Notes: generated by a model not told the origin, from the letters alone. DNA of 64,000 bases from Orbicella franksi (GCA_964199315.1 OZ116706.1:12834001-12898000); one strand, 5' to 3'; positions 11,730 through 24,139 are shown, numbered from the stretch's first letter. Translations and numbers: made by a program.

Positions 11730-12560
11730 TGTCGATTCGTCATGCCGGAAGTCGATTTGCGCCAGACTTAGAAAATATAGCGCATCTGGGCTTTGAGGGT
11801 GGGTTGAAAATGTTGTCGATTCGACACGATTCGATCGAATCGTGACGAATCGTGGCCCTTGCCGTCGATTCGTCATACTGGAAGTCGATTTGCGCCAGAC
11901 TTAGAAAATATAGCGCATCTGGGCTTTGAGGGTGGGTTGAAAATGTTGTCGATTCGACACGATTCGATCGAATCGTGTCGAATCGACAACATTTTCAGCC
12001 CACCCTCAAAGCCCAGATGAGCTATATTTTCTAAGTCTGCCGCAAATCGACTTCCGGTACGACGAATCGACAGCAAGGGCCACGATTCGTCACGATTCGA
12101 TCGAATCGTGTCGAATCGACAATATTTTCAGCCCATCCTCAAAGCCCAGATGAGCTATATTTTCTAAGTCTGGCCCAAATCGACTTCCGGTATGACGAAT
12201 CGACAGCAAGGGCCACGATTCGTCACGATTCGATCGAATCGTGTCGAATCGACAACATTTTCAACCCACCCTAAAAGCCCAGATGCGCTATATTTTCTAA
12301 GTCTCGCGCAAATCGACTTCCGGTATGACGAATCAACAGCAAGGGCCACGATTCGTCACGATTCGATCGAATCGTGTCGAATCGACAACATTTTCAGCCC
12401 ACCCTCAAAGCCCAGATGCGCTATATTTTCCAAGTCTTGCGCAAATCGACTTCCGGTATGACGAATCGACAGCAAGGGCCACGATTCGTCACGATTCGAT
12501 CGAATCGTGTCGAATCGACAACATTTTCAGCCCACCCTCAAAGCCCAGATGCGCTATATT
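11730..12560. repeat. 133-bp tandem array that switches orientation at 11967/11968
   Basis: The same words recur at 11758/11891 and at 12192/12325/12458; units are rich in GAATCGA/TCGATTC. Confidence 0.9.
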
Positions 12561-12732
12561 TTTATCAATTCATTTGATAACAATAACAAATAATCATTCA
12601 AACTATCATATGTCAATTAACAACTCCCAAACGATCCAGAAAAGCTGCATAGTTCGCAAGTCTAACCCTTGTTTAAAATAATATGGTTTCTGTGGAAAAT
12701 GTCCGAAAGAAATACTGAAAATATAATACATA

Positions 12733-13446
12733 TTAACAATACCTTTTCATTCGCTTGATAACAGGTCCACTTAGTGTCACCTTGTGCCCCTTTTTGCAGC
12801 TTGAGTCATATCCAAACCTTCTGTTGAAAGTCTGTGCGAAAGTCGCGAATGGCACGGCACCCACTATCAAAAAGTTGGCACACTGCTTCACTAGTGTCAT
12901 CTGGAAAGCAGTGTCTTCAGATGACAACAAAAATTCGTTGCCTAAGCAATCGTCATTAAACTGGCGTTATCCCTCCTGCGTCCAATAGCCATAGTGTTCG
13001 TATATCTTGCAAGTGCGACAGCATTTAGTTACTCGCGAAGCAAGATAGCTGCCACGCTGTTCGTGGTAAATAACGACAACATGGGTATTTGGATCGACAG
13101 CTAAAACTTTGTTACAGCCCCTACATCTCTCTTGTAAACTGACAAGCACCGTTGCCATTGGCTTCCCAGAATTCAAACTGAAGTTGTGAAAATCTGGGAA
13201 GCCACGTTCCACATCCCCAAACTCAGGAAACAAATAAAAAAAACCTTCCACCTCACGAGCAAAACTTTCGTCCTCGCCATCCAACCGCTTTCTCTTTCCA
13301 TCAACGACAATTTCCTCCTTTTCGCCACAAACATACCTTTTCACAACCGACGTAAATGAACATAACTTTAAAAAACTCGTTCCAACGAAATTAATAACAG
13401 ATAAAAAACGAAATAAACGCATACGATCTTCTAAAAAGCCAGCCAT
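12733..13446 (-). pseudogene. CxC5-like cysteine-cluster domain (N-terminal part of a KDZ-type transposase) with an internal stop
   Basis: CRGCNKVL...VVIYHEQRGSYLASRVTKCCRTCKIYEHYGYW, then TAA at about 12967, continuing in frame RQFNDDCLGNEFLLSSEDTAFQMTLV...FATFAQTFN. No catalytic core follows. Confidence 0.6.
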
Positions 13447-14079
13447 CTTTTGAACGAAATCTCACCAAAGTTACCATGCGAACTGTAATGAATGCAAACA
13501 TACCATGAGAGCGAGGTAGCAAGTGAGAAAAACAAAGAAAGGGACTGGAGTGAAATTAATAATCCGAATAAAGTGCCCAAACCAGCGTCAATATTCCGCG
13601 GAAAACGCCATAAACAACCGTCTTTTAATAAACATTTATTACGAGCCTTAACTATAATTTAGGAATAAGAAACAGGTTATCAAAAAGGATGGTGAAGTAA
13701 TAATAAATTAACCAATCAATCCAGTTATAAAAAAGCTTGCGGCTCTGTTACCAATCGTTGTTGGGGAACAAAGCCAAAGACTTCCTAGTGAAGAAGCACA
13801 CATCGAATTGAAGAATAACATTTCAATACCCCTTGATTAACATTAGGCAATTAACTTAGGTAATTTCTGTTTACGCGAACAACGTGAAATTAACGTGCGC
13901 CTTTTAGAAGAATCCTGTAACCAAGGATAGTGTGTGGTCAAAGTATGCGGCCTTTAAACAAACCGATGGCCACGGGCGAATCGTGTGGATGAATGAATGA
14001 ATGAATCAATTAATTAATTTTATTGAAATGCCCGTATTTTTAACCGAATGACAGGTCCTCAACCATATTATACCTTCCG

Positions 14080-14480
14080 CGAGTCGACTTCCGGTGAAAC
14101 GATTCGACTTTGCAAGGCCGATTCGCGACGAATCGTGCAAATCGACTCGAATCGCAACAATTTCACACTCCCAGTTATTGCCTAGCGCGAGTCGACTTCC
14201 GGTGAGACGATTCGACTTTGCAACAACGATTCGCGACGAATCGTGCGAATCGACTCGAATCGCAACAATTTCACACCCCCAGCTATTGCCTGGCGCGGGT
14301 CGACTTCCGGTGAGACGATTCGACTTTTCAACAACGATTCGCGACGAATCGTCCGAATCGAGTCGAATCGCAACAATTTCACACCCCCTGTTATTGCCTA
14401 CCGCAAGTCGATTTCCGGTGAGAGGATTCCACTTTGCAAAGGACGATTCGCAACGAATCGGACGAATCGACACAAATCGT
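14080..14480. repeat. 108-bp tandem array, about 4 units
   Basis: GTCGACTTCCGGTGA recurs near 14081, 14189, 14297 and 14405. Confidence 0.85.
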
Positions 14481-14734
14481 CAAAAAAATCACACCCCAGT
14501 TACTGCCTACTGCGAGTAAACTTCCAGGGAAACGATTCCACTTTGCACGAAACATTCCCGACCAATCGAGTCGCTTCGTTAAGTGCCTCACCGAATCGAC
14601 CGAAGTTTGTAGCCACGTTTTTAGAACGACAAACGTTCATTTATCATTATTTCACGGGTATTGACTTCCGGTGGTGCGGATCGACTCTGTGCGAATCGAG
14701 TCGAATCGTTAAGTACCTCATACGAGTCGACTCA

Positions 14735-15075
14735 ACCCACACTCAAAACCCAGATGCACTATATTTACTAATTCTCGCGCAAATCGACTTCCGGTATGAC
14801 GAATCGACAGCAAGGGATACGATTCGTGTCGATTCGGTCGAATCGTGTCGAATCGACAACATTTTCAACCCACCCTCAAAGCCCAGATGCGCTATACTTT
14901 TTAAGTCTCGCGCAAATCGACTTCCGGTATGACGAATCGACAGCAAGGAATACGATTCGTGTCGATTCGGTCGAATCGTGTCGAATCGACAACATTTTCA
15001 ACCCACTCTCAAAGCCCAGATGGGCTATATTTTCTAAGTCTCACGCAAATCGATTTCCGGTATGACGAATCGACA
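14735..15075. repeat. Second block of the 133-bp unit
   Basis: ATGACGAATCGACAGCAAGG at 14796, 14929 and 15062. Confidence 0.85.
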
Positions 15076-15241
15076 GCAAGGGACACGATTCCACTTTGCA
15101 GGAAACATTCCCGACCAATCGAGTCGCTTCGTTAAGTGCTTCACAGAATCGACCGAAGTTTGTCGTCACGTTTTTAGAACGACAAACGTTCATTTATCAT
15201 TATTTCACGGGTATCGACTTCCGGTGGTGCGGATCGACTCC

Positions 15242-15328
15242 CAACCTCGTTCCCAGGGTCTCTCATCTTACCGCCCCCTGGAGCGAGCGAAGAGGGCGGT
15301 AAGATTAGAGACCCTGGGAACGAGGTTG
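15242..15328. mobile_element. 87-bp MITE with a 9-bp target-site duplication
   Basis: TIRs CAACCTCGTTCCCAGGGTCTCT / AGAGACCCTGGGAACGAGGTTG; ATCGACTCC duplicated at 15233-15241 and 15329-15337. Confidence 0.9.
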
Positions 15329-15329
15329 A

Positions 15330-15810
15330 TCGACTCCGTTCGAATCGAGTCGAATCGTTAAGTACCTCACACGAATCGACTCAAGTTTGTCGTCACGTTT
15401 CAAGAACGAGTAACGCTCATGTATCATTATTTCACGGGTCTTGACTTCCGCTGGTGCGGATCGACTCCGTGCGAATCGAGTCGAATCGTTAAGTACCTCA
15501 CACGAATCGACTCAAGTTTGTCGTCACGTTTCAAGAACGAGTAACGCTCATGTATCATTATTTCACGGGTCTTGACTTCCGGTGATGCGGATCGACTCCG
15601 TGCGAATCGAGTCGAATCGTTAAGTACCTCACACGAATCGACTCAAGTTTGTAGTCACGTTTCAAGAACGAGTAACGCTCATGTATCATTATTTCACGGG
15701 TCTTGACTTCCGCTGGTGCGGATCGACTCCGTGTGAATCGAGTCGAATAGTTAAGTACCTCACACGAATCGACTCAAGTTTGTAGTCACGTTTTAAGAAC
15801 GAGAAACGTT
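15330..15810. repeat. 131-bp tandem array, about 4 units, resuming after the Penelope insertion at 17546-17640
   Basis: AGTACCTCAC at 15361, 15492, 15623 and 15754. Confidence 0.85.
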
Positions 15811-15865
15811 TATAATCAACAATGATTTAGATAAACATATACAGGCAAAAACTAACGATAGATAA

Positions 15866-15910
15866 ATCCGACGTTTCGGCGACATCTTGGCGCCATTGTC
15901 AAGGGAAACT
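15866..15910 (-). ncRNA. Atypical minimal hammerhead-like motif in the Penelope terminal repeat
   Basis: Minus strand reads UUGACAA-U-GGCG(ccaagaugu)CGCC-GAAACGUC-GGA, a U3/A8 variant of the CUGANGA core with a weak stem I. Confidence 0.4.
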
Positions 15911-16482
15911 AATTAAATATGCGATTTCAAGGGTAACTAAGAGTTCAGAGTTTCTAATTTGCATAAGTTAGACAAAGACTTTAGCGCGAACTGAGTCTGA
16001 TTGTACATTTAAACACGGTCGTAATTGTTTAATGAGTAACATCTCATTAATGAGACAATCAAACTTGTTGTGGCATTTTTTCAACACGCTAAAACAATTG
16101 CGAAGGTCATCCGGAATCCTGCCTGCGTGTCTACTATCATAGTGATTGCGTACTGACGAGGTCTTGCTTCTATGTCCATCAACGCGTACGAACAGATGGC
16201 CACGGGTGTAACCGACATAACCAGCATCGCACTGGTCACACTTGAAGTTATACACAACGCATTGTTGATCAATGAGCTGAGGCTTAGGTTCGCTTGTCGG
16301 GAACTCCTGGGCAATCTTGCGGCTCGTAAACACCGGTTGAACACTGGTCTGCAGCTTCACACTGAGATCTTTCAACTGTGTCTTCACGATATTAGCAGAC
16401 TCCCGGTCTTTAAAGGGTATGACAACCCGAGTAGTGTTTTCTGTCGTAGATCTGGACCGTAATGAGGGCTGGTCAGCGACCT

Positions 16483-17474
16483 TGCTAGCCAACGTATTCA
16501 TGTCGTCTATTGAAGAGAAATTAGATGTTGACGGCAAACTGCCACCTTACTATCGTCGATATGTTGACGACACATTCACTGTGATGCCCGATTTGTCTAC
16601 AGCTAGGGACTTTCTTAACACCCTCAACCACGCTCACCCCGCCATCAACTTTACTATGGAGGTCGAAAATGATGGAATGCTTCCCTTTCTCGGTACTCAA
16701 CTCCTAAACAGAGCGCCTCGTATTGAAACTAAAGTGTTTGTGAAGCCAACAAACAGTGGTCTGCTTCTCCATTACCACAGTCATGTCGATAATAGGTACA
16801 AGCGCGGACTATTGACAACTATGCTCGATCGCGCACATCGCCTGTCTTCGTCATGGTCCTACTTCACTGAGGAGTGCGAACGACTGAAGTCTGTTTTCTC
16901 TAAACTGAAATATCCCAAGCACCTTGTTGACTCCACTGTCAAAACCTTCCTAAATTTAAAGGTCGCTGACCAGCCCTCATTACGGTCCAGATCTACGACA
17001 GAAAACACTACTCGGGTTGTCATACCCTTTAAAGACCAGGAGTCTGCTAATATCGTGAAGACACAGTTGAAAGATCTCAGTGTGAAGCTGCAGACCAGTG
17101 TTCAACCGGTGTTTACGAGCCGCAAGATTGCCCAGGAGTTCCCGACAAGCGAACCTAAGCCTCAGCTCATTGATCAACAATGCGTTGTGTATAACTTCAA
17201 GTGTGACCAGTGCGATGCTGGTTATGTCGGTTACACCCGTGGCCATCTGTTCGTACGCGTTGATGGACATAGAAGCAAGACCTCGTCAGTACGCAATCAC
17301 TATGATAGTAGACACGCAGGCAGGATTCCGGATGACCTTCGCAATTGTTTTAGCGTGTTGAAAAAATGCCACAACAAGTTTGATTGTCTCATTAATGAGA
17401 TGTTACTCATTAAACAATTACGACCGTGTTTAAATGTACAATCAGACTCAGTTCGCGCTAAAGTCTTTGTCTAA
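16483..17474 (+). CDS. Penelope RT (C-terminal half) plus GIY-YIG endonuclease, 5'-truncated but with an open frame
   Basis: YYRRYVDDTF, LPFLG, RGLLTTMLDRA, then VVYNFKCDQCDAGYVGYT...NEMLLIKQLRPCLNVQ. The first about 21 aa of the tracked ORF come from the inverted copy. Confidence 0.9.
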
Positions 17475-18846
17475 CTTATGCAAATTAGAAACTCTGAACT
17501 CTTAGTTACCCTTGAAATCGCATATTTAATTAGTTTCCCTTGACAGAAACGTTTATGTATCATTATTTCACGGGTCTTAACTTCCGGTGATGCGGATCGA
17601 CTCCGTGCGAATCGAGTCGAATCGTCAAGTGCCTCAGACGAATCGACTCTAGTTGGGTGTATTGGACATGAATGAAAGCCTTCCTCCCTTTCTTGGAAAG
17701 TCAGGAGTTCCGAACTGGCTATGTCATGTGCTTGGTGAGATTTTTCATAACAATGTTAAATTTACGAGTCAGGCCCGCAAAAAAAGAACGATATACACCA
17801 AACACGAAGATTACCGAGCTTAATGAACCTAATTTACAACACAACTCAGCAAGCTATGGCTAAATTCCAGGATATAGAGTTTTAGGGAAAATTACCGACT
17901 GAAATATTGCATTTCTTCTTGACCTTTATAACTTGTTGTTAACGCTGAAGATACCTAAGAAGAGCTTAAAATCAAGTGGTTTGCAGGATGCGGGATATTT
18001 AGGCCAAAAAATTAACAGGGAAAATTAATGGGAGTGCTCCTGTTGAATCATAAATGATGCACTAAATGTTATTTTTTTACTGAAGCTACGCTTGAATAAA
18101 TGCGTTGAGACACATTATGCTACGTCATGAGTACAATAAAATGTGCAAAACAATTCTGAACTTCTTTACTTTTGTCATAATTCTGAACGGTTATGTGGAT
18201 ATATTACAGTACGACATAACATGATTTCGATTTATATTAGATTTCAGAGTTTTTTGAGCCACTAACTGCATGGGCGTAACTACAATAACTTTGCAAAATC
18301 ACACGGAAACAACCTTCTCCACCTGCGTCTGTGTCTCCTAGATAAATCTATGTCGTGAAGTTGGCATTAAGCCATGCTGCTAAGTCCTTAATTTCTTGAA
18401 TACAAAACAACAGTCAGCTCCCTAGTTAAACCATTGTCCTATGTACATGTACAAAGTTTTCAATTCCAATGTCACTAATTATTTAAACTGAAGCAACAAC
18501 TCGAGGACAACGTAGAGCATGACTGATTATAATAATAGATATTGATTATATAACATGGAAAATTCTGGCTGCAGATCATTCTACTTCCTGCTCGAAAATG
18601 TTACTCTATTACCAAAAGACGGACATCTAAACAGAAATTGTTCAAGAAGAGCATGCAGGACTGTTAACTACTGCTTACAGTTCCGCTGCAAGTCGCTGCT
18701 CGTCGCCGATGGCACTGGTTCTGCTGCCAGTGTTACTGCTACTACCGCTACGTCTTCTCTTGCAGCACCTTCTACTACCGTGTGATCGAAACAGTCCAAG
18801 ATGCGAGGCATCATTTCTTCAATCCTTTCTCAGACTTACATAGTCT

Positions 18847-19497
18847 TTAATAGTGTCGAAAAAAGTTAGTGCTGTATGATCTCGATTCGCTTTGCGTAGA
18901 AACGATTTTCACTTGTTTCCTTTTTTCGCTAGCTTCTCGCCAGTTCAAAACCTCCATCTTTCCTGTAGAAATGACCATCACCAAGACAAAGCCCTGATAT
19001 TGCTTGGGATTCTCAGAGAACTCGCTCACTGATGGTCGGGACGACCTTTGAAATGCGGCGTTCACATCTCGAGGGCGACTTCGAGGACAGTCCTTGTAGT
19101 TTCGAGGATGGCCATCATTAAAGTTGCTCGGAGGTACTGGAGAAACGGATCTCACTTTTCGAGCGGGACTGGCGTTTAAATATCGAGGATGGTCCCCCTT
19201 AAAGTTTTGGTAATGGCCAGCGTCGAAGCTGCATGGAGGTTCCGGAGGGTATACCTTGTAGTTTTGGTAATGGCCAGCGTTGAAGTTACAAGGAGGTACC
19301 GAAGGGAACGGGACGAAGTTTCCAGGAGCCATGGCGTAAGGATTGCAAGCAGGCACCCAAGGAACGGGGAACATGTTTGCAGGAGGAAAGCCCATACAGT
19401 TAAAAGAAGCCATGCTATTGAAGTTTCCAAATGCAAAAGCAGCACAGTTTCCAAACGGATAAGGCATACAGTTGCCATAACAGAAGGCGGCCCACAT
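18847..19497 (-). CDS. Protein B, 216 aa: Pro/Cys/aromatic low-complexity N-terminus plus a GKMEV...FF C-terminal domain
   Basis: AAAATG start at 19497, although the ORF is open from 19713. Internal repeats NFNAGHYQNYK / SFDAGHYQNFK / NFNDGHPRNYK. The C-terminus is clearly homologous to 26400-26672. Confidence 0.55.
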   Translation of the reverse strand: MWAAFCYGNCMPYPFGNCAAFAFGNFNSMASFNCMGFPPANMFPVPWVPACNPYAMAPGNFVPFPSVPPCNFNAGHYQNYKVYPPEPPCSFDAGHYQNFKGDHPRYLNASPARKVRSVSPVPPSNFNDGHPRNYKDCPRSRPRDVNAAFQRSSRPSVSEFSENPKQYQGFVLVMVISTGKMEVLNWREASEKRKQVKIVSTQSESRSYSTNFFRHY

Positions 19498-20259
19498 TTT
19501 GCATCGGAGTAGTGTTGTTACAAAATCGCTCAGATCTAGCGCTGCTACAATTAGCTTCAGCAAACAACAGTGACAACTATATATTTCTAGAAATATGCTA
19601 CTGGTCAGCAGTGATGACTGAGTGTCAATCACGGTCAAGAAGATCAAAGGCATAGGGACTGTATTTGCCAACTTGGTATTTATGAAGATCAAATTAACAA
19701 AGTGCATTATCAAAGGAAAAAGGACGCTTGCTTAATCATGCACGGTTCAACCTCAATATATAGCAATGTTTGCACGGGTATCTTCTTCCCATTCCTTCCT
19801 TGAAAAGTCAACTGGTGGGTGGTTGATAATTGAGCACCGGCCTGATGATTAATAATTCATAAATAATACCTCATCTAACGGCGAGGATTGTTCAGTTAGC
19901 AAAAACTATAAATCATCTTTCATAAAGTGGCGCGCCTTTCCAGTCAATATTCAAACAACCTTGATATACAATACATCCATTACATTTCTGTAACATATTT
20001 TTTATTTCGTTTCTGTATAGTTATTATTTTGCTTCTTTATTTTTCATATTGCTTCTATATTTTTTATATCTATTCCTACTAATTTATATATGAGTTTAGC
20101 TCATCTATTTTTTATTTTGTTCTCTTTATTTTATATGCGTTCTATATTTTTTTATATTTATTCCATATTTTTTTTGTTCCGCGTAAGATTTTTAATTTTT
20201 TTTAATCAGTTTGCAACACGTGATCACATGACCGCGATGCACTTCCTCATTGCGCCATT

Positions 20260-23200
20260 TTGGCGTTTGGTTACATGAAGGAAGAACTGTCTACTGCTTG
20301 TCGTGCGGCCGCGGATGCCTTAGAGATTTTAACTAATTTGAGACCTGGTTTTACGAGAAATGTTACACCTCGGATGAATTTAACGGCAATCTCTGTCAGT
20401 CAGCCGAACAACGGGGATCGTCAGGTGAACAACGAGGAACCCCAGGCGAACGAACGTGCCATTCAATTCTCGACGTCGCCAGCCTCAAGCAGTTCTACTC
20501 AAGCTCGGCTTGCCACTCTCTTTCCGACAATGGGCTCGAACCGAGCTAATAGGAAAAGCACTAGTAGAAGACTAGCAAGGTCAAAGCAGACCATTAAGTC
20601 GACCAAAGGCCGCCCATCTAAGACACTTGTTTACAAGGATCTAGTCCTTATTCCCAGTCCCAAGATAAACAAAGTGCCTACACATACAATCCGACTTCAG
20701 TTAGAAGAGAGAGAACTTGTCTGCCACGAGTTTCCCTTTGACGAGAGCTTGGATGCAAATTCCCTCAAAGCTGCTATGTTGAATCGATTTCCAAAGCTTT
20801 TGCTATTTGAATATGTCAAGGTGGGTAACTTTCCACTTGTGGTGTACGCTTATACATTGTTCTACTTTTAATGAAATAATAATAATAATATTATTGCTGT
20901 TCAGTTAATTTGTACATTTATTGTAGCTGCACTATTTCTAAATACGCATTTATACTATTTTGCCAACAATTTGCCCAAACAAGAGAATATCTGCAGTGAC
21001 CCGAGTAATTGACTTACAATTTTCGGCAGAAGTTGTTGAATTATCCAGAATAGCTCTGGTAATGCCCCACTCTCACCCCTTCAATTAATTGTATAGTTTC
21101 TCCTTGCTTGTGACATAAGTTTAACTTAATTACTCTTTCATTAAATTTACCCTTGACTTTTGCAAGAAGCCTGCAAGTAATATGTGTTTTTCTTAACCAA
21201 GCCATGGTATGGAAAGCAAATAACTCCTAAGTTGGCAGATGGCATAACTCTGAATGCAGAAAGAGTGACCAGGATGGCTGGTCAAGAAGCTGGTTATGTT
21301 AGATCACTGGTGCCTTTGGAATCTGAAGATGTGGCGCGAAACTGAAGAGGAGCTAGAGAATTCAGTATTGGATAGCAGTCCAAGGGTGAACGTTTTCTTG
21401 TGAATTTTTGCATTGAACAAGATAACACCTGTATGGATTTCTTTAAACTTTTTCGCCTCACTACAAAGGTATTTATGTGGTAGCTTCCCAATGCAGTATA
21501 ATAACCTTGTATATGATAGATTGGCTTATTATTCAACTGCAGTGAATACCGTCCAAATAACAGTACAAATACATCTTATTAGATGTTTTTGGTGTGTAGT
21601 ATCGCTGTATATTTTTACGAGTTGTGCCGCATTTTGACGAGCCCTACGGGCTCGTCAAAATACAAACAACGAGTAAAAATGTACAGCGATACTACACAGC
21701 AAAACATCTAATTGGAGATTTATTATCCAACAGCTGTAGTCAATAAATTTATCAATGAAAGAGGGAGTGTGTGACAGTTTTGCGTGCGTGCGCGCGCCGA
21801 CCTGTACGGCGAACAGGTTTTCTACCGTACAAATACACCCAACAGGTTTTCTACTGTGCAATATCGCTGTATATTTGTACTGTTATTTGGACAGTATTCG
21901 CTGCAGTTGGATAATAAACGGCGATATGGTACAGTTATTTGTACAGAAGAAAACCTGTTTGCCGTACAGGTAGGCGCGCGCACGCAAAACTGTCACACTC
22001 TCCCTCTTTCATAGATGAATTTATTGACTACAGCAGTTGGATAATAAATCTCTTATTGGATGTTTTGGTGTGTAGTATCGCTTTATACTTTTACTCGTTG
22101 TTTGTATTTTGACTCGCCCTACGGGCTCCTCAAAATACGGCACAACTCGTAAAAATATATGGAGGATATTACACGGTGGCGAGAAGATATGAATTTTATG
22201 TTCGAGAGGCAAGAACAATATCTCACTCGTTCGCTTCGCTCACTCGTGAGATATTGTTCTTGCCACGAGAACATAAAATTCATATCTTCGAGCCAACGTG
22301 TAATGTTCTTTTTATTATATGGAGAAACCAATTCAACAAAAGCAAAAGGCGGGAATCGTGACGTCATTGAACGATACGACACTCACAAAGGTGACATACT
22401 GAAAATACGCCACTCGGGTCCCGGATGAAGTGGCGTATGGAATCTACGAGTGGTTTAGTTCCCAGTAAAACACTCTTCTCCATATAATAAACAGCGATAC
22501 TACACGCCAAAACATCTAATAAGATATATATTCTAGCTCGTGCTACTAGGCATGAAAATGGCTTTTTGTTGGAAATATTATCCGGTTTGTCTCCAAACAG
22601 ATTTGTGTATTTATTTATTTTGTTTATTTATTTGTTTGTTTGCTCAGATATTTATTCAATTCTTTAACAGGACATAAATTGATTTTGTATATTGCAACTC
22701 CATCTGATTGTGGACACTTGTCTAAAGATGAACACTTCATAGTATGCTACATCATTGCCACTTAGTTCACTTTGGTTTTTTTTTTATGCTTTGTGACAAG
22801 TTAATATTTCTTTTAGTGTTAGTGGAGCACAAAGAAGCCCTGTGTTGCTTTCATTCGGGGAGAGCGATGGGAGGCCAGATGCAGCTGTGGTGCCCCACCC
22901 CTGCCAGGAGGCTGTACAACCTTTTTGTGTTCCATTTCCAACTGAGGCAGGAACATCACATCAAAATACAGAGTTAAATGATGTAGAGACAGGCAGTAAC
23001 TCTGATATTGTTTTGGCATCATCTGAGCTACCTGTACCAGTAACTGCACCTGTTTTAGGCAGTAACTCTGATATTGTTCATGCATCATCTGAGCATGTAC
23101 CTGTACTTCAACTGCTATCCAACTGCTATCGTATCATCCAAGTGCACCGGTTAAATATTAAGAAGGATTTGATTGACTTATTCCGAGATCCATTAATTAT

Positions 23201-24139
23201 GAGTCAAGACATAAAGATATTAAATTGTTATTGATGCTAGGAGAGTTGAAGAAATTGGCAGAGGTGTTGGGTTGCTTAGAGATGTTTTCTCCTCTTTTTT
23301 GGAGAGAAACATTTGATATATGATTCCCTTTTTGTTAGAGAAAATGAGCGTGTACCATTTGTAATACATGACTATTAAAGGGATAAATGGGTTGCTGTTG
23401 GCAGAATTTCGGTGAAAGGATATTTGACCTGTCAGTACCTACCAGTCCCTCTGTCTGAAACGTTCCTTACCTGTCTTTTTTGTGGGCAATCTGCTGTAAC
23501 TAGCGCTATGCTGACTCAGTCCTTAAAAAATTACATTTTAGTAGATGAAAAATGTTTGATTGACAAGTGCCTTGCTGGTGATATGAAGTGCGATGATGAA
23601 GACGAAGTGTCCCAGCTTTTAAAAGTACTTTGTAACTATGACTGTCGAATTATGGTAAATTCTGAGAATTTCATTCAAGTTATTCAAGAAATAGCCCGTA
23701 AGGAGCTGCTGCAGAAGCCACAGTATATTGCAGACTGCTAGAAAGATATAGTTTTCACACACTTTCCTAGTTTTCCTGATTTTGCAGCACTTTCCAAAAG
23801 GTATGAATTAATTGTTAATACCATCCACGAGCAAAATCCTTAGTTGCCTAGAGGCAAACCCTGAAAGTGATGGCGAAAGGGATAGCCTTAAGTTTTTTAG
23901 ACGGTATATTAAGGGCCTTAACACACCTCAGAAATTATCAAAGCTTGTAAGGTTTATCAGTGGGTCTGAGTTAATGCTTTTTGACGCAAACCATTTTATC
24001 TGGTGTGGGTCGCCGACCAATTGCCCACACTTGCAATACTGTGTTGGAGCTATCCTAAACTTATCATTCATTTCCTGAACTTAGAGAGGAGTTCAGTTCA
24101 ATACTTGTATCACATTATTGGGAAATGGATATTATGTAA
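20260..24139 (+). pseudogene. HECT E3 ligase-like cargo gene, disrupted
   Basis: From about 23120: IQVHRLNIKKDLIDLF...GRGVGLLRDVFSLFW...KLVRFISGS and the C-lobe catalytic motif RRPIAHTCNTVLELS*TYHSFPELREEF...MDIM*. Several stops and frameshifts. The link to the 20260-20871 ORF is inferred from position. Confidence 0.7.
21580..22160. mobile_element. Nested fold-back/MITE-like insertion with arms of at least 200 bp
   Basis: About 21636-21835 is the reverse complement of about 21935-22140. Confidence 0.7.

Larger units (their letters stand above)
15814..17545 (+). mobile_element. 5'-truncated Penelope-like retroelement with an inverted upstream copy of its 3' end
   Basis: 15814-16483 is the reverse complement of the element's 3' part, and about 16481-17545 is the direct copy. 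AGAAACGTTTAT is duplicated at 15802-15813 and 17545-17556. Confidence 0.9.
11618..17668 (-). mobile_element. Non-autonomous TIR DNA transposon, probably KDZ (Kyakuja-Dileera-Zisupton) related, with large subterminal repeat arrays and two nested insertions
   Basis: Perfect 31-bp inverted repeat TGTCCAATACACCCAACTAGAGTCGATTCGT at 11618-11648 and 17638-17668; internal CxC5-like ORF remnant. No TSD found. Confidence 0.7.

Noticed and set aside
11483-15361. Many overlapping ORFs with repeated peptides (MTNRQQG..., RIDNIF...)
   Set aside because: They are translations of the 133-, 108- and 131-bp arrays; periods of 133 and 131 are not multiples of three and ORFs appear on both strands.
11730-15810. 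CRISPR-like look of regularly spaced palindromic repeats
   Set aside because: The whole unit repeats with no unique spacers, there are no cas genes, and the context is eukaryotic.
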